Counted from the first letter of the stretch, positions 20,018 through 30,546 are shown. The stretch: 56,007 bases of DNA from Ruminococcaceae bacterium UBA3329 (GCA_002361875.1 DERX01000013.1:1-56007); one strand, 5' to 3'. A program made the numbers and translations. Notes: generated by a model from the letters alone, not told the origin.

Positions 20018-20624
20018 TTTTAATTACCTCACTAATTTTAGATTTCATTCTTTTATATGTAAAATTTAATGCTTTAATAATACTTAAAACATTATTTGAC
20101 GCCTTGTCAAGATCGTCGTTAACAACAACGAAGTCATAATCCGCACTGCGCAGAATTTCATTTTTTGCAATTTCAAGGCGGCGGTTAATATCGTCCTCGC
20201 TTTCAGTAGCTCTTCTGCGGATTCGGTCTTCGAGAACCTGCATTGACGGCGGTAAAAGGAAGATTGAAAGAGCATCGGGATACAGCTCACGGATTTTCTG
20301 CGCACCCTTAACCTCAATTTTCAAAATTACGGTTTTACCCTCTTTAAGCCACCTGTCAACAGGTGCTTTCGGTGTGCCGTAAATATTTTCGCCGTACTGT
20401 GCATATTCAAGCACCTGACCGTCCTTAATCATTTGTGAAAATTCTTCTTTTGTGATGAAATAATAGTCCTCACCGTCGGTTTCGCCTGAGCGCTTTTCAC
20501 GGGTAGTAAGAGAAACGGAGCGCTGAAGCTTTTCGTCTTTACTGAGGATTATATCAAGCACTGTGTCTTTTCCAACACCCGACGGGCCTGAAAAAAGCAC
20601 AAGCATACCCTCACTGTTCTGCAT
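20010..20624 (-). CDS. gmk: Guanylate kinase
   Basis: P-loop GPSGVGKDT and TTR motif. Start placed at the ATG at 20624, 8 nt after GGGGGA. Confidence 0.9.
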   Translation of the reverse strand: MQNSEGMLVLFSGPSGVGKDTVLDIILSKDEKLQRSVSLTTREKRSGETDGEDYYFITKEEFSQMIKDGQVLEYAQYGENIYGTPKAPVDRWLKEGKTVILKIEVKGAQKIRELYPDALSIFLLPPSMQVLEDRIRRRATESEDDINRRLEIAKNEILRSADYDFVVVNDDLDKASNNVLSIIKALNFTYKRMKSKISEVIKNV

Positions 20625-20877
20625 AACTCTCGTCCCCCTCTGCAATATTGTCCGAACGGTTTAAAATCGTTTCGGGTTTTAAGTAAGATGAAACAATGTG
20701 GTCGCTGTCCATAACTATAACCGAATGGGTTTTTCGCCCCTGCGTTGCATCTATGAGCATATTATTCTCTTTTGCTCTTGCTATAATTCGCTTTGAAGGA
20801 GCGGAATCAATTGAAATAACAGCAACAACACGGTCAGCGTTTATTGCGTTGCCGAAACCTACATTTATAAGCTTCAT
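20611..20877 (-). CDS. remA: RemA/DUF370-family regulator
   Basis: [21 protein letters not shown]...SAPSKRII is typical of YlzA/RemA, and the gene lies between yicC and gmk. Start trimmed to the ATG at 20877. Confidence 0.85.
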   Translation of the reverse strand: MKLINVGFGNAINADRVVAVISIDSAPSKRIIARAKENNMLIDATQGRKTHSVIVMDSDHIVSSYLKPETILNRSDNIAEGDESYAEQ

Positions 20878-20973
20878 AATTATCGCCATGCGATACAGAA
20901 TCCGCACGAAACGCCGTAAAAACCGGCTTTGTGTGCACGGTATCGTCCCTTTCTTTATATTTTCACACTACTG

Positions 20974-21858
20974 TCACTCTATATTTTGGATTTGTTCACG
21001 GATTTTCTCAATTTCAGCCTTAATGTCTATAACGCATCTTGCAATTTCGACATCCTGTGCTTTAGAGCCTATGGTATTTGCCTCTCTGTTCATTTCCTGA
21101 ACAAGAAAATCGACTTTTCTGCCTATCGGCTCGTTGCAATCCATAAATTCGGAAAGCTGCGCTATATGGCTTCTCAAACGCACTGTTTCCTCGGCAACAG
21201 CCACTTTATCAGCAAAAATTGCGCACTCTGCGGCAATTCGCTGCTCGTCAATATGAATATCCGAAAGGAATTCGTTAATTCGTTCAAGGAGCTTGCTGTT
21301 ATACTCTTTAACGGTTTCAGGCGAACGCTGTTCAATGAAAGCAACCTTTGAGAGAATGAAATCGGCTCTTGAAAGAACATCACTGCGCATTTTCTCGCCC
21401 TCGGTTTCACGCATTGCAATGAATTTTTCCGTAGCCGTTTTTGCAACCGTGCTGACGCTTTCCCAAACCTCGTCCTCATCGACAGCCTTTTTGCGTACTG
21501 AAAAAAGGTCGGGGGTTCTTGCAAGCGCACTGAAAACATATGAGTCCTTAATGTCAAGGTCAAATTTGTCCTCCATAACGCTGTAAGCCTTTAAATATTC
21601 CTCAGCCAGTTTTTCGTCTAAAACGACTTCACTTTCAGTTTCACCGATATTTTCAATTGAAACATAACATTCAATTTTACCTCTTGAAACCAAAGAGCCA
21701 ATCAAATTTTTAAGCTTGTCCTCCAAAAAGCCATAGCTTCTCGGCACACGGGAAGAAAATTCAAAATACCTGTGATTCACACTTTTTAATTCAACCGTAA
21801 CATTGTACGAACCAACAGTATCCTGTGCTCTGCCGTAGCCTGTCATACTTCTTATCAT
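20974..21858 (-). CDS. YicC-family stress-induced protein
   Basis: N-terminal MIRSMTGYGRA, C-terminal DUF1732-like EMNREANTIGSKA, and conserved position before remA-gmk. Confidence 0.85.
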   Translation of the reverse strand: MIRSMTGYGRAQDTVGSYNVTVELKSVNHRYFEFSSRVPRSYGFLEDKLKNLIGSLVSRGKIECYVSIENIGETESEVVLDEKLAEEYLKAYSVMEDKFDLDIKDSYVFSALARTPDLFSVRKKAVDEDEVWESVSTVAKTATEKFIAMRETEGEKMRSDVLSRADFILSKVAFIEQRSPETVKEYNSKLLERINEFLSDIHIDEQRIAAECAIFADKVAVAEETVRLRSHIAQLSEFMDCNEPIGRKVDFLVQEMNREANTIGSKAQDVEIARCVIDIKAEIEKIREQIQNIE

Positions 21859-21860
21859 TT

Positions 21861-22250
21861 TTATTCAACTCCAGAGTGTTTGCAGCAACTTCCCTTTAAA
21901 AGAGTAGGTATGTCGCCGCTGTAAATAGCGTTATTTTCTTCAAAGCCCAAAAGCAATAAAACGCTTTTGATTCTTTCATCCTCGCAATACGCCATATAAG
22001 CGTTTCTGTTCGCGCAAAAATTTAATGCCGCACGAATAAAGCCTTCAACCGAAAGAGCATCTGAAATATCGCAGTCCAAAGACGAAATATAACACTTTGT
22101 GCCTGATATTTTCATAAAAATTTTGCCGATTGAATTTCCGTCACGATTTAAACCGACATATCCGCCGTAAACATAATTTTCATCGGTATTTTCATTCGGA
22201 AAAAGCTTTTTTATCTCATTTAATTCCGTAACAGGTTTATAGTATACCAT
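21861..22250 (-). CDS. Hypothetical small protein, possibly a degenerate acetyltransferase-like fold, with a Cys-Cys C-terminus
   Basis: 129 aa from the ATG at 22250, 4 nt after the rluB stop. Ends ...LLKGSCCKHSGVE. I recognise no confident family. Confidence 0.45.
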   Translation of the reverse strand: MVYYKPVTELNEIKKLFPNENTDENYVYGGYVGLNRDGNSIGKIFMKISGTKCYISSLDCDISDALSVEGFIRAALNFCANRNAYMAYCEDERIKSVLLLLGFEENNAIYSGDIPTLLKGSCCKHSGVE

Positions 22251-22254
22251 AAAA

Positions 22255-22995
22255 TCATTTCTTTCTGTCAAGGGAAGCAGCAGTCATCAGCTTGTGCACC
22301 TCTTCATCGGTAAGATTGCGCCAATCGCCCGCCTTTAACATTCCAAGCTTAACAGAGCCAATCTGCGTTCTTTTAAGGCGAGCAACCTCAAGACCTAACG
22401 CTTCACACATTTTTCTGATTTGGCGGTTTCTGCCCTCGTAAATAATTATTTCAATAACAACTCTGCCCTCGGCACGGTCAAGAATGTGTACCTCTGACGG
22501 CATTGTCATTCTGCCGTCAATTTCTATACCGGTTGTAAGGGCAGTAATCTGCTCTTCGTTTATTGACGGTCTTATTGTAACTCGATAAGTCTTTGGAACA
22601 TGCTTTGTTGGGTGGGTCATTGCATTTGCAAATTCACCGTCGTCAGTCATTAACAGAAGTCCTTCCGAATCACGGTCTAATCTTCCGACAGGGTAAATTC
22701 TCGTTCCAACATCTTCAACTAACTGTGCAACACATTTTCTACCCATTTCATCGTTAAGAGTTGTAATATACCCACGGGGTTTGTGAAGCATAATATAAGT
22801 TTTTCTTTTAGTTTTTATTATCTTTTTGCCTGCGACAACAACTGTATCTTTACCGGGTGTTACCTTGTCTCCTATCGACGCAGGTTTTCCGTTAACCTTA
22901 ACCCTGCCTGCCGCAATAAGCTCTTCAGCCTTTCTGCGTGATGCAACTCCGCACTCGGAAAGATATTTTTGAAGTCTTACCTGTAAATCTGCCAT
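22255..22995 (-). CDS. rluB: Pseudouridine synthase, RsuA/RluB family
   Basis: S4 domain (LQKYLSECGVASRRKAE) plus the catalytic motif GRLDRDSEGLLL. Confidence 0.85.
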   Translation of the reverse strand: MADLQVRLQKYLSECGVASRRKAEELIAAGRVKVNGKPASIGDKVTPGKDTVVVAGKKIIKTKRKTYIMLHKPRGYITTLNDEMGRKCVAQLVEDVGTRIYPVGRLDRDSEGLLLMTDDGEFANAMTHPTKHVPKTYRVTIRPSINEEQITALTTGIEIDGRMTMPSEVHILDRAEGRVVIEIIIYEGRNRQIRKMCEALGLEVARLKRTQIGSVKLGMLKAGDWRNLTDEEVHKLMTAASLDRKK

Positions 22996-22997
22996 TA

Positions 22998-24077
22998 TTA
23001 CTCCTTTAAGGGAACATCTTTTTCGGCAACTAAACCGACTGATTTAAACAGTTTGCCGTCTGTGTAAAAATCCACACGCCCAACGCTTTCGCCTTTCAAA
23101 ATAGGCGCATATTCAAACTGCTTTATATAAATTTTGTATGTATATGACAACGGTTTTTCTAAATAAGTATAATCCGTGTTCTCTGCAAAAGCTACAGAAA
23201 CGGCGTCTTCTTTTCCGCCGACTACCTTTAACTTCGGCATGTCTGTACCGCAGGAAAGCGACATAGCTTTAGCAAGCGGAACGCAATATTCATACAGCTT
23301 TTGATGGTCATCCCAATCGTTGGGTGCCGACAAAGTAACCGCAATTAAGGTTTTGCCGTCACGCTTTATTGCCGACACCAAACACCTGCCGCTCTTTTTT
23401 GTAAAACCTGTTTTAATGCCAATATAATCTTCGGAAAACGAAAGCAGTTTATTGTGATTTGAAAGCACCCGTCTGTAAGGCGGTGAGCCATAAAAAGCCT
23501 TAACGCTTTTTGCCGAGCAAATATTAAGAAAAGCAGGATTTTTAACAGCTTCGGCACCCAAAAGTGCCATATCATACGCTGTTGAATAATGATTTTCAGC
23601 GTCAAGACCCGACGGCGTCACAAAATTAGTATTATTCATACCGATTTGCTTCGCCCGTTCATTCATCAGCTTTGAAAAAGGCTCTATACCGCCCGAAATT
23701 AAATAAGCCGTTGCATTTGCGGCATCGTTTCCCGAGCAAATCAGCATACCTTTAACAAGCGACATCATCGAAACGCTGTCGCCGCCCCGAAGCCCCATTG
23801 AAGTGCCTTCAACCTTAACCATTTCATCGGTAACGGTTATCATTTTTTCATCGGCACCGTTTTCAAGCGCTAAAAGGGCAGTCATTATTTTGGTAGTACT
23901 TGCCATAGGAAGCCGCACATCGGAATTTTTGGAATACACAATTTCGCCGCTGTCGGCACAGATAACCGCAGCCGCCTTCGCAGAAACCGACGGCTCGGCA
24001 AAGGACGGCACGGTAAATACCGTAATCAAAAGAATTACAGTTATAAGTAAAATTATCTTTCTCAAAACCATCACCAA
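22998..24077 (-). CDS. dacB: D-alanyl-D-alanine carboxypeptidase (S11, DacB-like)
   Basis: Signal peptide, SxxK (ASTTKIMT), SGN (CSGNDAA) and KTG (IKTGFT). Confidence 0.82.
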   Translation of the reverse strand: MVMVLRKIILLITVILLITVFTVPSFAEPSVSAKAAAVICADSGEIVYSKNSDVRLPMASTTKIMTALLALENGADEKMITVTDEMVKVEGTSMGLRGGDSVSMMSLVKGMLICSGNDAANATAYLISGGIEPFSKLMNERAKQIGMNNTNFVTPSGLDAENHYSTAYDMALLGAEAVKNPAFLNICSAKSVKAFYGSPPYRRVLSNHNKLLSFSEDYIGIKTGFTKKSGRCLVSAIKRDGKTLIAVTLSAPNDWDDHQKLYEYCVPLAKAMSLSCGTDMPKLKVVGGKEDAVSVAFAENTDYTYLEKPLSYTYKIYIKQFEYAPILKGESVGRVDFYTDGKLFKSVGLVAEKDVPLKE

Positions 24078-24114
24078 AAAATACTATGCTTTTTTGTGTG
24101 ATTTGAGAATAATA

Positions 24115-24567
24115 TTATTCAGCACCCTCGATTACATTCTCTTCAGCTGTAACCGCAATGTCAGCAACCGCCTTGTCAAAGGCTTTGTCCATTTTTGCTT
24201 TGTTAACAGCAACATTAACTTTATCAAACATTTCGGGAACAAGGCTTACAAGACGCTCTGCTGCATTGTCAAACGCAGTAATGTGTTTGATTTCAACATT
24301 TCCGTACTTATCTACTACAAGGAAAGCAACAGGAGTAATTGTTACGCCTGCTCCGCCGCCGCCGCCGAAAATCTCCTGATTTGATTTTGATGGGAAATCG
24401 GAACCGCCAGAAGCAAAGCCGTATGTAACCTTTGAAACGGGAATAATCGTAACGCCGCCCTGAACAGAAATCGGCTCGCCGATTATTGTGCTTACATTAA
24501 CAAGATCTTTAACCTTTTCAATGGTATTTTCAAGAATACCAGCCGCAGATGATGATTTATCTTTCAT
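24115..24567 (-). CDS. ytfJ: Sporulation protein YtfJ (GerW family)
   Basis: GEPI...TIIPVSKVTYGFASGGSDF...GGGGGAGVTITPVAFLVV is typical of YtfJ. Start placed at the ATG at 24567. Confidence 0.85.
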   Translation of the reverse strand: MKDKSSSAAGILENTIEKVKDLVNVSTIIGEPISVQGGVTIIPVSKVTYGFASGGSDFPSKSNQEIFGGGGGAGVTITPVAFLVVDKYGNVEIKHITAFDNAAERLVSLVPEMFDKVNVAVNKAKMDKAFDKAVADIAVTAEENVIEGAE

Positions 24568-25255
24568 CAATAGCACCGCCTTTATCAGAATTTTTATTTT
24601 TATTGTTTTTAATTCCCATAAGGAATTTAATACCTACTTTAAATATGAGCCTTACCGCCAGAACAACCACTGCGTTAGTAAAGAAAATCGGTCTTACGCT
24701 GAGCTTAAATGAAAATTCAGCAGAATTTGAAGAAGCAAGATAGTCAGGCTCAACAATTGCGTTATATTTTTTCACAGGGAGAGTTGAACAGATAAAAGAT
24801 AGCGCAGGGAATACTCTTTGGCAGACTCTGCCGTACTGAATAGCAGTCGCGGCAGCATCTCCGTTTACACAAACGGTCATATTAAGGAAAAATTCTCTTA
24901 AAACAAGATGTTTTCTGAACGAATTCAACATTCTGCCGAGTGAATATGCGGCATTGTTTATAAGCTCTATTACACCGTCAAAGCCCTTGTTTTTATAAAA
25001 TGTTATAAAAATATTGTCTTTCTTTTCGGTTGGCTTTTTGTCCTCGGGGGCTTCTTCGGCAGGCTTTTCTTCTTTTTCCTTCTTATCTTTTTTAGACTTC
25101 TCTTTCTTTTCCCACGGGAAAATTTTAAATTTCAGAAACAGCCAAGACACCGTCATATAAAATTCATCGGTATAGTCCCCGCTAACGGTAATTCTTATGC
25201 TTAAAAGCAATACAAAAAATGCAATAATTCCAAAGATTATGTAAAGTGCAGTCAA
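24557..25255 (-). CDS. ytfI: DUF2953 / YtfI-like sporulation membrane protein
   Basis: N-terminal TM helix, a K/E-rich linker, and pairing with ytfJ. The likely TTG start at 25255 lies 7 nt after GGAGG. Confidence 0.6.
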   Translation of the reverse strand: MTALYIIFGIIAFFVLLLSIRITVSGDYTDEFYMTVSWLFLKFKIFPWEKKEKSKKDKKEKEEKPAEEAPEDKKPTEKKDNIFITFYKNKGFDGVIELINNAAYSLGRMLNSFRKHLVLREFFLNMTVCVNGDAAATAIQYGRVCQRVFPALSFICSTLPVKKYNAIVEPDYLASSNSAEFSFKLSVRPIFFTNAVVVLAVRLIFKVGIKFLMGIKNNKNKNSDKGGAIDER

Positions 25256-25288
25256 CTCATCACCTCCCAAAATATGTAAAATTATATT

Positions 25289-25867
25289 TTATTCAGCAGT
25301 TTCCTGCTCATCATTATTCTGCGTGCTTTCATCCGCCTGTTCCTGCTCGTTTGCAGGCAACGGCGGTAATTCATCAAGAGAAGAAATACCGAATACTCTT
25401 AAGAATTCGGGTGTTGTGCCGTAAAGAAGCGGTCTGCCCGGCAAATCAAGCCTTCCGCGCTCTTCTATAAGCTTTTTCTGGCAAAGAGTTGCTATAACAC
25501 CCGAACAGTCAACACCCCTCACCTGCTCAACAAAGGATTTTGTAACAGGCTGATTGTATGCAATAACCGCCAAAACCTCAAATGCTGCCCCCGAAAGAGG
25601 AGTATTTTTTCGCAATTCAAGAAAATCTCTTATTATCTCCGCATATTCGGTTCTGCTTGAAAGCTGATATTTGTCGCCAAGCTTTAAAAGGCAAATACCT
25701 CTGCCCCGTTCGTCCAGCTCCGCCTCAAGATTATATAAAATACGTTCTGCAAGTTCAGGCTCAATATCAAACACATCAGCTATTTTTTGCAGTTCAACAG
25801 GCTCACCTGCTGCAAAAAGCACAGCTTCAACAGCGGATTGAATTTTGCTTGCTTTCATTCGTTCCAT
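25289..25867 (-). CDS. scpB: Segregation and condensation protein B
   Basis: The N-terminus AVEAVLFAAGEPV and the winged-helix repeats are typical of ScpB. It overlaps scpA by 13 nt. Confidence 0.9.
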   Translation of the reverse strand: MERMKASKIQSAVEAVLFAAGEPVELQKIADVFDIEPELAERILYNLEAELDERGRGICLLKLGDKYQLSSRTEYAEIIRDFLELRKNTPLSGAAFEVLAVIAYNQPVTKSFVEQVRGVDCSGVIATLCQKKLIEERGRLDLPGRPLLYGTTPEFLRVFGISSLDELPPLPANEQEQADESTQNNDEQETAE

Positions 25868-26598
25868 TCCTCGCTAACCTCACCTATTTTACTGTCTATA
25901 AGCTCAATTTCAGCGTTTTCGCCTTCACCCGAAACGGTAATCTTTTTCGATTTTGTAAGCTCCAAAAGAGCTAAAAAAGTAGCTACCATGTCAGAGCGTG
26001 ACGAGGCATCCGAAAATAAAGATTTAAACTTCGCTTTACTGCCTTTTGTTTTGAGTTTCGAAAAAATATTTGAAATTTTAGAGCCGACAGAAACAATTTT
26101 TTTAACAACAATTTCACGGAAAGCCTCAATAGGCGGCGGAAGAGCAACAAGCTTTTTACCTGCCGCAGAAATATAAGCACTGATAAGCTCCTCCGGCTCA
26201 TGTACCCGCCTATATGTTTGGTCAATATCCATTTTTATCGGTTCTCTGACAAAGCAGTCAAAACCGGGCGTATTTGTTTCGGAAAGCTTTTGAGCCATAA
26301 GCTTCATATCGCGGTATTCAATAAGCTCGCCCTGAAGCTCTTTTTTTAACTCTTCGGCTTCCGTGTAAACAGGAAGAAGAGAAACTGATTTCAAATAGAC
26401 AAGCCTCGCCGCCATTTCAAGGAAATCAGATGCAACATACATATCACTTTCCTGCATCTGTCTGACATAATCCACATATTGCTCAACAAGTGTTACTATG
26501 GGAATATCGTAAATATTCAGTTTGTGTTTTGAAATCAGGTGTAAAAGAAGGTCAAGCGGACCTTCAAATGCTTCTAATTTGTAGGATATTTTTTCCAT
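25855..26598 (-). CDS. scpA: Segregation and condensation protein A (kleisin)
   Basis: FEGPLDLLLHLISKHKLNIYDIPI is a ScpA signature. Confidence 0.9.
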   Translation of the reverse strand: MEKISYKLEAFEGPLDLLLHLISKHKLNIYDIPIVTLVEQYVDYVRQMQESDMYVASDFLEMAARLVYLKSVSLLPVYTEAEELKKELQGELIEYRDMKLMAQKLSETNTPGFDCFVREPIKMDIDQTYRRVHEPEELISAYISAAGKKLVALPPPIEAFREIVVKKIVSVGSKISNIFSKLKTKGSKAKFKSLFSDASSRSDMVATFLALLELTKSKKITVSGEGENAEIELIDSKIGEVSEEWNE

Positions 26599-26612
26599 AA
26601 AACACCGATAAA

Positions 26613-27287
26613 TTAAAATAAAATTAAATAAAACAATTTTTGGAAAAGACTGTAAATAAGGTTTGTGATATAAGAAAGCGGGACAGTCAAAACGCCCATA
26701 AAAAGAAGAGCGAAAACAACTAAAATGATGTACCGTTCATACTGTAAAAATTTGTAATAGTATTTAGAGGGAATTAAAAGCTGTAAAATTCTTGAACCGT
26801 CAAGCGGCGGAATCGGTAAAAAGTTAAATACAGCAAGCTGAAGGTTAACAACAGCAGCATAATTAAAAAACATATACACAGCCGCCAAAAGGAAAGAATC
26901 ATTGGCATTCACAGAGAATTTAAGACAAAGAATTGCAAAAAATTCCGCAATAAATCCCATCAGTAAATTTGAAATCGGGCCTGCTATTGCCACAAGTGCC
27001 ATTCCCTTTTTAGGATTTTTAAAGTTTCGGGGATTAACACCCACAGGTTTTGCATAACCGAAGCCGACAAGCAAAATCATTAAAGCGCCGAGCGGCGAAA
27101 TGTGCGCCATAGGATTTAATGTTAACCTTCCCTGAAGTCTCGGTGTTTGGTCGCCGAGCTTTGTCGCAACAAGAGCGTGGGCATATTCGTGAACAGGCAA
27201 TGTGCAGAATACAACAAAAGCCATTGAAAAAAAGTAAATTATTAAATTTCCTAAATCAAAACCGTTTCTAAATAAATTTAACAGCAT
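26613..27287 (-). CDS. Site-2 protease family (M50) membrane metalloprotease
   Basis: HEYAHAL zinc motif, NFLPIPPLDGSRIL, and a polytopic profile. Confidence 0.8.
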   Translation of the reverse strand: MLLNLFRNGFDLGNLIIYFFSMAFVVFCTLPVHEYAHALVATKLGDQTPRLQGRLTLNPMAHISPLGALMILLVGFGYAKPVGVNPRNFKNPKKGMALVAIAGPISNLLMGFIAEFFAILCLKFSVNANDSFLLAAVYMFFNYAAVVNLQLAVFNFLPIPPLDGSRILQLLIPSKYYYKFLQYERYIILVVFALLFMGVLTVPLSYITNLIYSLFQKLFYLILF

Positions 27288-27312
27288 AGACTAATCCTTT
27301 CTTAAAAGAATA

Positions 27313-28143
27313 TTATATTCTAAAAGCTACGATTCTGTCAATATTATTAAAATCAAAAATGACATTTTTTTCCGCTACTTTGCCAGAAAATAACGGTAAA
27401 ATTGCATTTGACTGAGCGTCGCCGCACTCCAAAGCCATTAAACCGCCTTTTTTTACTTTATCTAACCAGCGTGAAGCTATGCATTTATAAAAATTCAATC
27501 CGTCTTCACCGCCGTCAAGGGCAGAAACGGGTTCTTTTTGAACCTCCGTTTGCAAAAAAGGTATTTCACCGCTTTTAATATACGGCGGATTTGAAACAAT
27601 TAAATCTGCATTCGGCAAATCCTTAAAATCAAATGTGAAAATATCGCATTTTACTGCCGTTGTATTTTTTAAGCCGAAATTATTAAGATTTTTTAGCAGG
27701 TAATCAAATGCCTTTTTCTCTTTTTCAAACATGTAAACCGTCGAATCGGGTCTTAATTTTGCAATTGTAAGACCTATACAGCCGCTCCCGGAGCACAAAT
27801 CGAATACAATCGGATTTTTGACATTTTTAATTTCATCTAATACATATTCTGCAAGATTTTCAGTTTCGGGACGCGGAATCAGAACACCCTCGCCTACCTC
27901 AAAAGTAAACCCGTAAAAATCCCATTTACCGACAATGTACTGCAAAGGTTCGCCAATTTTTCGCCTTTCGACTATTTTATTCATAATCGAAATTTGGCTG
28001 TCGGTTGCATTAACAACAGAATAATCGTACGGCTTTGTTTTGATTTTCAGTATATCCTCAAAAATTACTTTAACTTCAAAATCACCGCAGCCGCCGAACG
28101 AAAGCCTTTCTGCTGATTTTTTATAGAGTTCAAGCAGAGTCAT
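27313..28143 (-). CDS. prmC: Peptide chain release factor N5-glutamine methyltransferase
   Basis: SAM site DLCSGSGCIG and catalytic NPPY. Confidence 0.88.
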   Translation of the reverse strand: MTLLELYKKSAERLSFGGCGDFEVKVIFEDILKIKTKPYDYSVVNATDSQISIMNKIVERRKIGEPLQYIVGKWDFYGFTFEVGEGVLIPRPETENLAEYVLDEIKNVKNPIVFDLCSGSGCIGLTIAKLRPDSTVYMFEKEKKAFDYLLKNLNNFGLKNTTAVKCDIFTFDFKDLPNADLIVSNPPYIKSGEIPFLQTEVQKEPVSALDGGEDGLNFYKCIASRWLDKVKKGGLMALECGDAQSNAILPLFSGKVAEKNVIFDFNNIDRIVAFRI

Positions 28144-29121
28144 TTATATTTTGTCGTCCTCCGGATTGTCGGTTATACAGGCTTTAAGAGCTTCAATTCC
28201 GACCTCAATTATGTCGTCTGTCGGCTCGTTTGTTGTGATTCTCTGCATTAAAAGTCCGGGGGCAGAAAGAACCTTTACAAGAGCGTTTTCGTGCTTTCCT
28301 GCATATTTAATAAACTCGTATCCAATTCCCGTTACAAGCGGCAAAATTGCAAGCTTAAGTAAAATCCAAAGCGGTCTGCTGACAGACTGCAAATTCGGAA
28401 AAATGAGAACAAGTGCAGATGTAAGCAAAATGCTGATAATCAAAATAACAAAGATAAAGCTTGTGCCGCACCTTGGGTGAAAGCGTTTCATTTTTCGTAC
28501 ATTTTCAACTGTTAAATCGAGTCCGTTTTCATAACAGAAAATCGTTTTATGTTCAGCTCCGTGATACATAAACACGCGTTTAATTGATTTTGTTTTTGAA
28601 ACAAGCCACATATACAGCACAAAAACAAAAATGCGCACAATTCCCTCAAAAAGCGGATGAAGCTTTGAAAGGTCTGCATTTCTTACAATAAATTCATCAA
28701 ATTTATCTACTAAAAGCGTAGGCAGATACATAAAAATTCCGAGAGCCAACAGGAGTCCCAAACCTGTTGAAATAATGCCGATTACCGTCATCATTGCAGG
28801 ACCCATATGATCGGTAAGCCAACGGTCGATTTTAGACATATCCTCTTCTTTTTCTTCCTCGGTCATTGACTTGTCCGCAGATTTCATAAGATATTTATAT
28901 CCGCTTATCATTGAATCAATGTATGTGACAACGCCTCTGATTAACGGTATTCCGAGTATTTTATGCTTTTTTATTAGCGGTATATTATGGTCAACCTCAA
29001 CATCAATTGACCCGTCAGGCATTCTGACAGCCATTGCATTTCCTGCAGGGCCTCTCATCATTATTCCTTCAATCAGAGCCTGACCGCCGACAGATGTTTT
29101 GTGTTTTGTTTTTTCGCTCAT
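28144..29121 (-). CDS. DUF1385 (YqhQ-like) membrane protein
   Basis: GGQALIEGIMMRGP..., YHGAEHK, and the common pairing with prmC. Confidence 0.8.
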   Translation of the reverse strand: MSEKTKHKTSVGGQALIEGIMMRGPAGNAMAVRMPDGSIDVEVDHNIPLIKKHKILGIPLIRGVVTYIDSMISGYKYLMKSADKSMTEEEKEEDMSKIDRWLTDHMGPAMMTVIGIISTGLGLLLALGIFMYLPTLLVDKFDEFIVRNADLSKLHPLFEGIVRIFVFVLYMWLVSKTKSIKRVFMYHGAEHKTIFCYENGLDLTVENVRKMKRFHPRCGTSFIFVILIISILLTSALVLIFPNLQSVSRPLWILLKLAILPLVTGIGYEFIKYAGKHENALVKVLSAPGLLMQRITTNEPTDDIIEVGIEALKACITDNPEDDKI

Positions 29122-29133
29122 AGTGTTTCCTTT

Positions 29134-30546
29134 CTAAGCATTTATAGGTAAATTTATTGTAACAACAGTTCCCTCACCGAGAGCACTTTCGAAATCAAGC
29201 TCGCCTTTATGCAAAGTGATTATTTCATCGGAAACAGCAAGACCTATTCCGCTCCCTCTTGTACTGTTATTTGCTTTAAAAAATTTCTGTTTTATCTTTG
29301 GTAAGTCATTCTTTGAAATACCGCAACCGTTATCCTCAACGGTAATTCTAATGCTGTTATTCAAGCGCTTCAACGAAATTTTAACGAATCCGCCGCTCTT
29401 ACCGTATTTAATAGCATTATCAATGACATTGACAAAAACCTGCTTTAAACGGTTTCCGTCTGCATTTATATAAATATGACCTGCAGAAATATCGGAAATT
29501 ATTTCAATCTTTTCTCTTTCGGCTCTCTCTTGAATAGCCTCAATAACATCGGTTAATTCTTTTACTAAATCAATTCTGCTGATTTTAAGTGACATTTTAC
29601 CGTTTTCCATACGGGAAAAGTCAAGTAATTCTTCAACAAGTGAGGTTAAACGCTCACTTTCGTTAACAATAACATTTATTCCTTTTTCGGTTATTTCTTT
29701 GTCGCCTTCCGAAGAACGGATTGTCTCACCCCACCCTTTTATGGCGGTTAGCGGAGTTCGCAATTCGTGTGAAATAGTTGAAATAAACTCATTTTTTAAC
29801 TGTTCTGACTCGCTTATCTCGTGAGCCATGTGATTTATTGTATCGCAAAGCTGACCGATTTCATCATTGTATTTGTATTTTTCAATAGACACATCAAAAT
29901 CGCCGTTTGCAATCCGTTCTGCCGTTTCATTGATTTTTTTTACGGGATTTATTATTGAACGAATAAAAAACGCACCGGATGTAATAACAAGAAGAATAAT
30001 AAAGCCTGCAACTATCGCAACTATAACATATATTATTGAAAGCTGGCGGTCAATATCCTGCAAGGAAACAATATAACGAACCGCAGCACCGTTTATAACA
30101 TCTCCGGACGGAAGCATATATGACTGTGCAATGATTTTTTCGCCGTTTGAATTTTTGCCGATCCATTCACCGAATTTACCGTCTGCCTTGGCATAACTGT
30201 AATCGGGATATTTCTCGTTTTTAACGGAAAAGCCGTTTGAAGAAACAATCACATCACCGCCTGAATCAATAATCCAAACCTCCATAACGCTTTTATCGGA
30301 AAAGTTCTCAACAAAATTTCTTGCGGTTTTAATAAACTGCTCCTCGGAAGAAAGAGAATCCTCATTGAAATAGGATAAAACCACCTCCGAAGAACGTGAT
30401 TCAAGAGTCATTCGTGCTGCATTATAATAATTTGAACGGAAAATAACACAAAGAAAAACGGCAAATGCGAGCGTGACAAAAATAATGCTTAAAAGAACTG
30501 TCAGCACCCACCGCTTGACTATACTGTTTTTTATCACTGAGCTCAC
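29134..30546 (-). CDS. Sensor histidine kinase (2 TM helices, extracytoplasmic loop of about 130 aa, HAMP, HisKA, HATPase)
   Basis: H-box SHELRTPL, N-box DNAIKY, G-boxes GSGIGLA. I see no cytoplasmic PAS domain. Confidence 0.88.
   Translation of the reverse strand: MSSVIKNSIVKRWVLTVLLSIIFVTLAFAVFLCVIFRSNYYNAARMTLESRSSEVVLSYFNEDSLSSEEQFIKTARNFVENFSDKSVMEVWIIDSGGDVIVSSNGFSVKNEKYPDYSYAKADGKFGEWIGKNSNGEKIIAQSYMLPSGDVINGAAVRYIVSLQDIDRQLSIIYVIVAIVAGFIILLVITSGAFFIRSIINPVKKINETAERIANGDFDVSIEKYKYNDEIGQLCDTINHMAHEISESEQLKNEFISTISHELRTPLTAIKGWGETIRSSEGDKEITEKGINVIVNESERLTSLVEELLDFSRMENGKMSLKISRIDLVKELTDVIEAIQERAEREKIEIISDISAGHIYINADGNRLKQVFVNVIDNAIKYGKSGGFVKISLKRLNNSIRITVEDNGCGISKNDLPKIKQKFFKANNSTRGSGIGLAVSDEIITLHKGELDFESALGEGTVVTINLPINA

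Noticed and set aside
20878-20973. 96-nt spacer between yicC and remA with a weak imperfect hairpin (CCGTGCAC...GTGCGG).
   Set aside because: The stem relies on wobble pairs and a bulge and has no U-tract. That is insufficient to call a terminator or regulatory RNA.
24960-25110. K/E-rich low-complexity run in the ytfI-like gene (KKEKSKKDKKEKEEKPAEEAPEDKKPTEKK). I considered a tandem DNA repeat.
   Set aside because: It is only compositional bias, with no exact tandem repeat unit. It is a plausible flexible linker in a DUF2953 protein.
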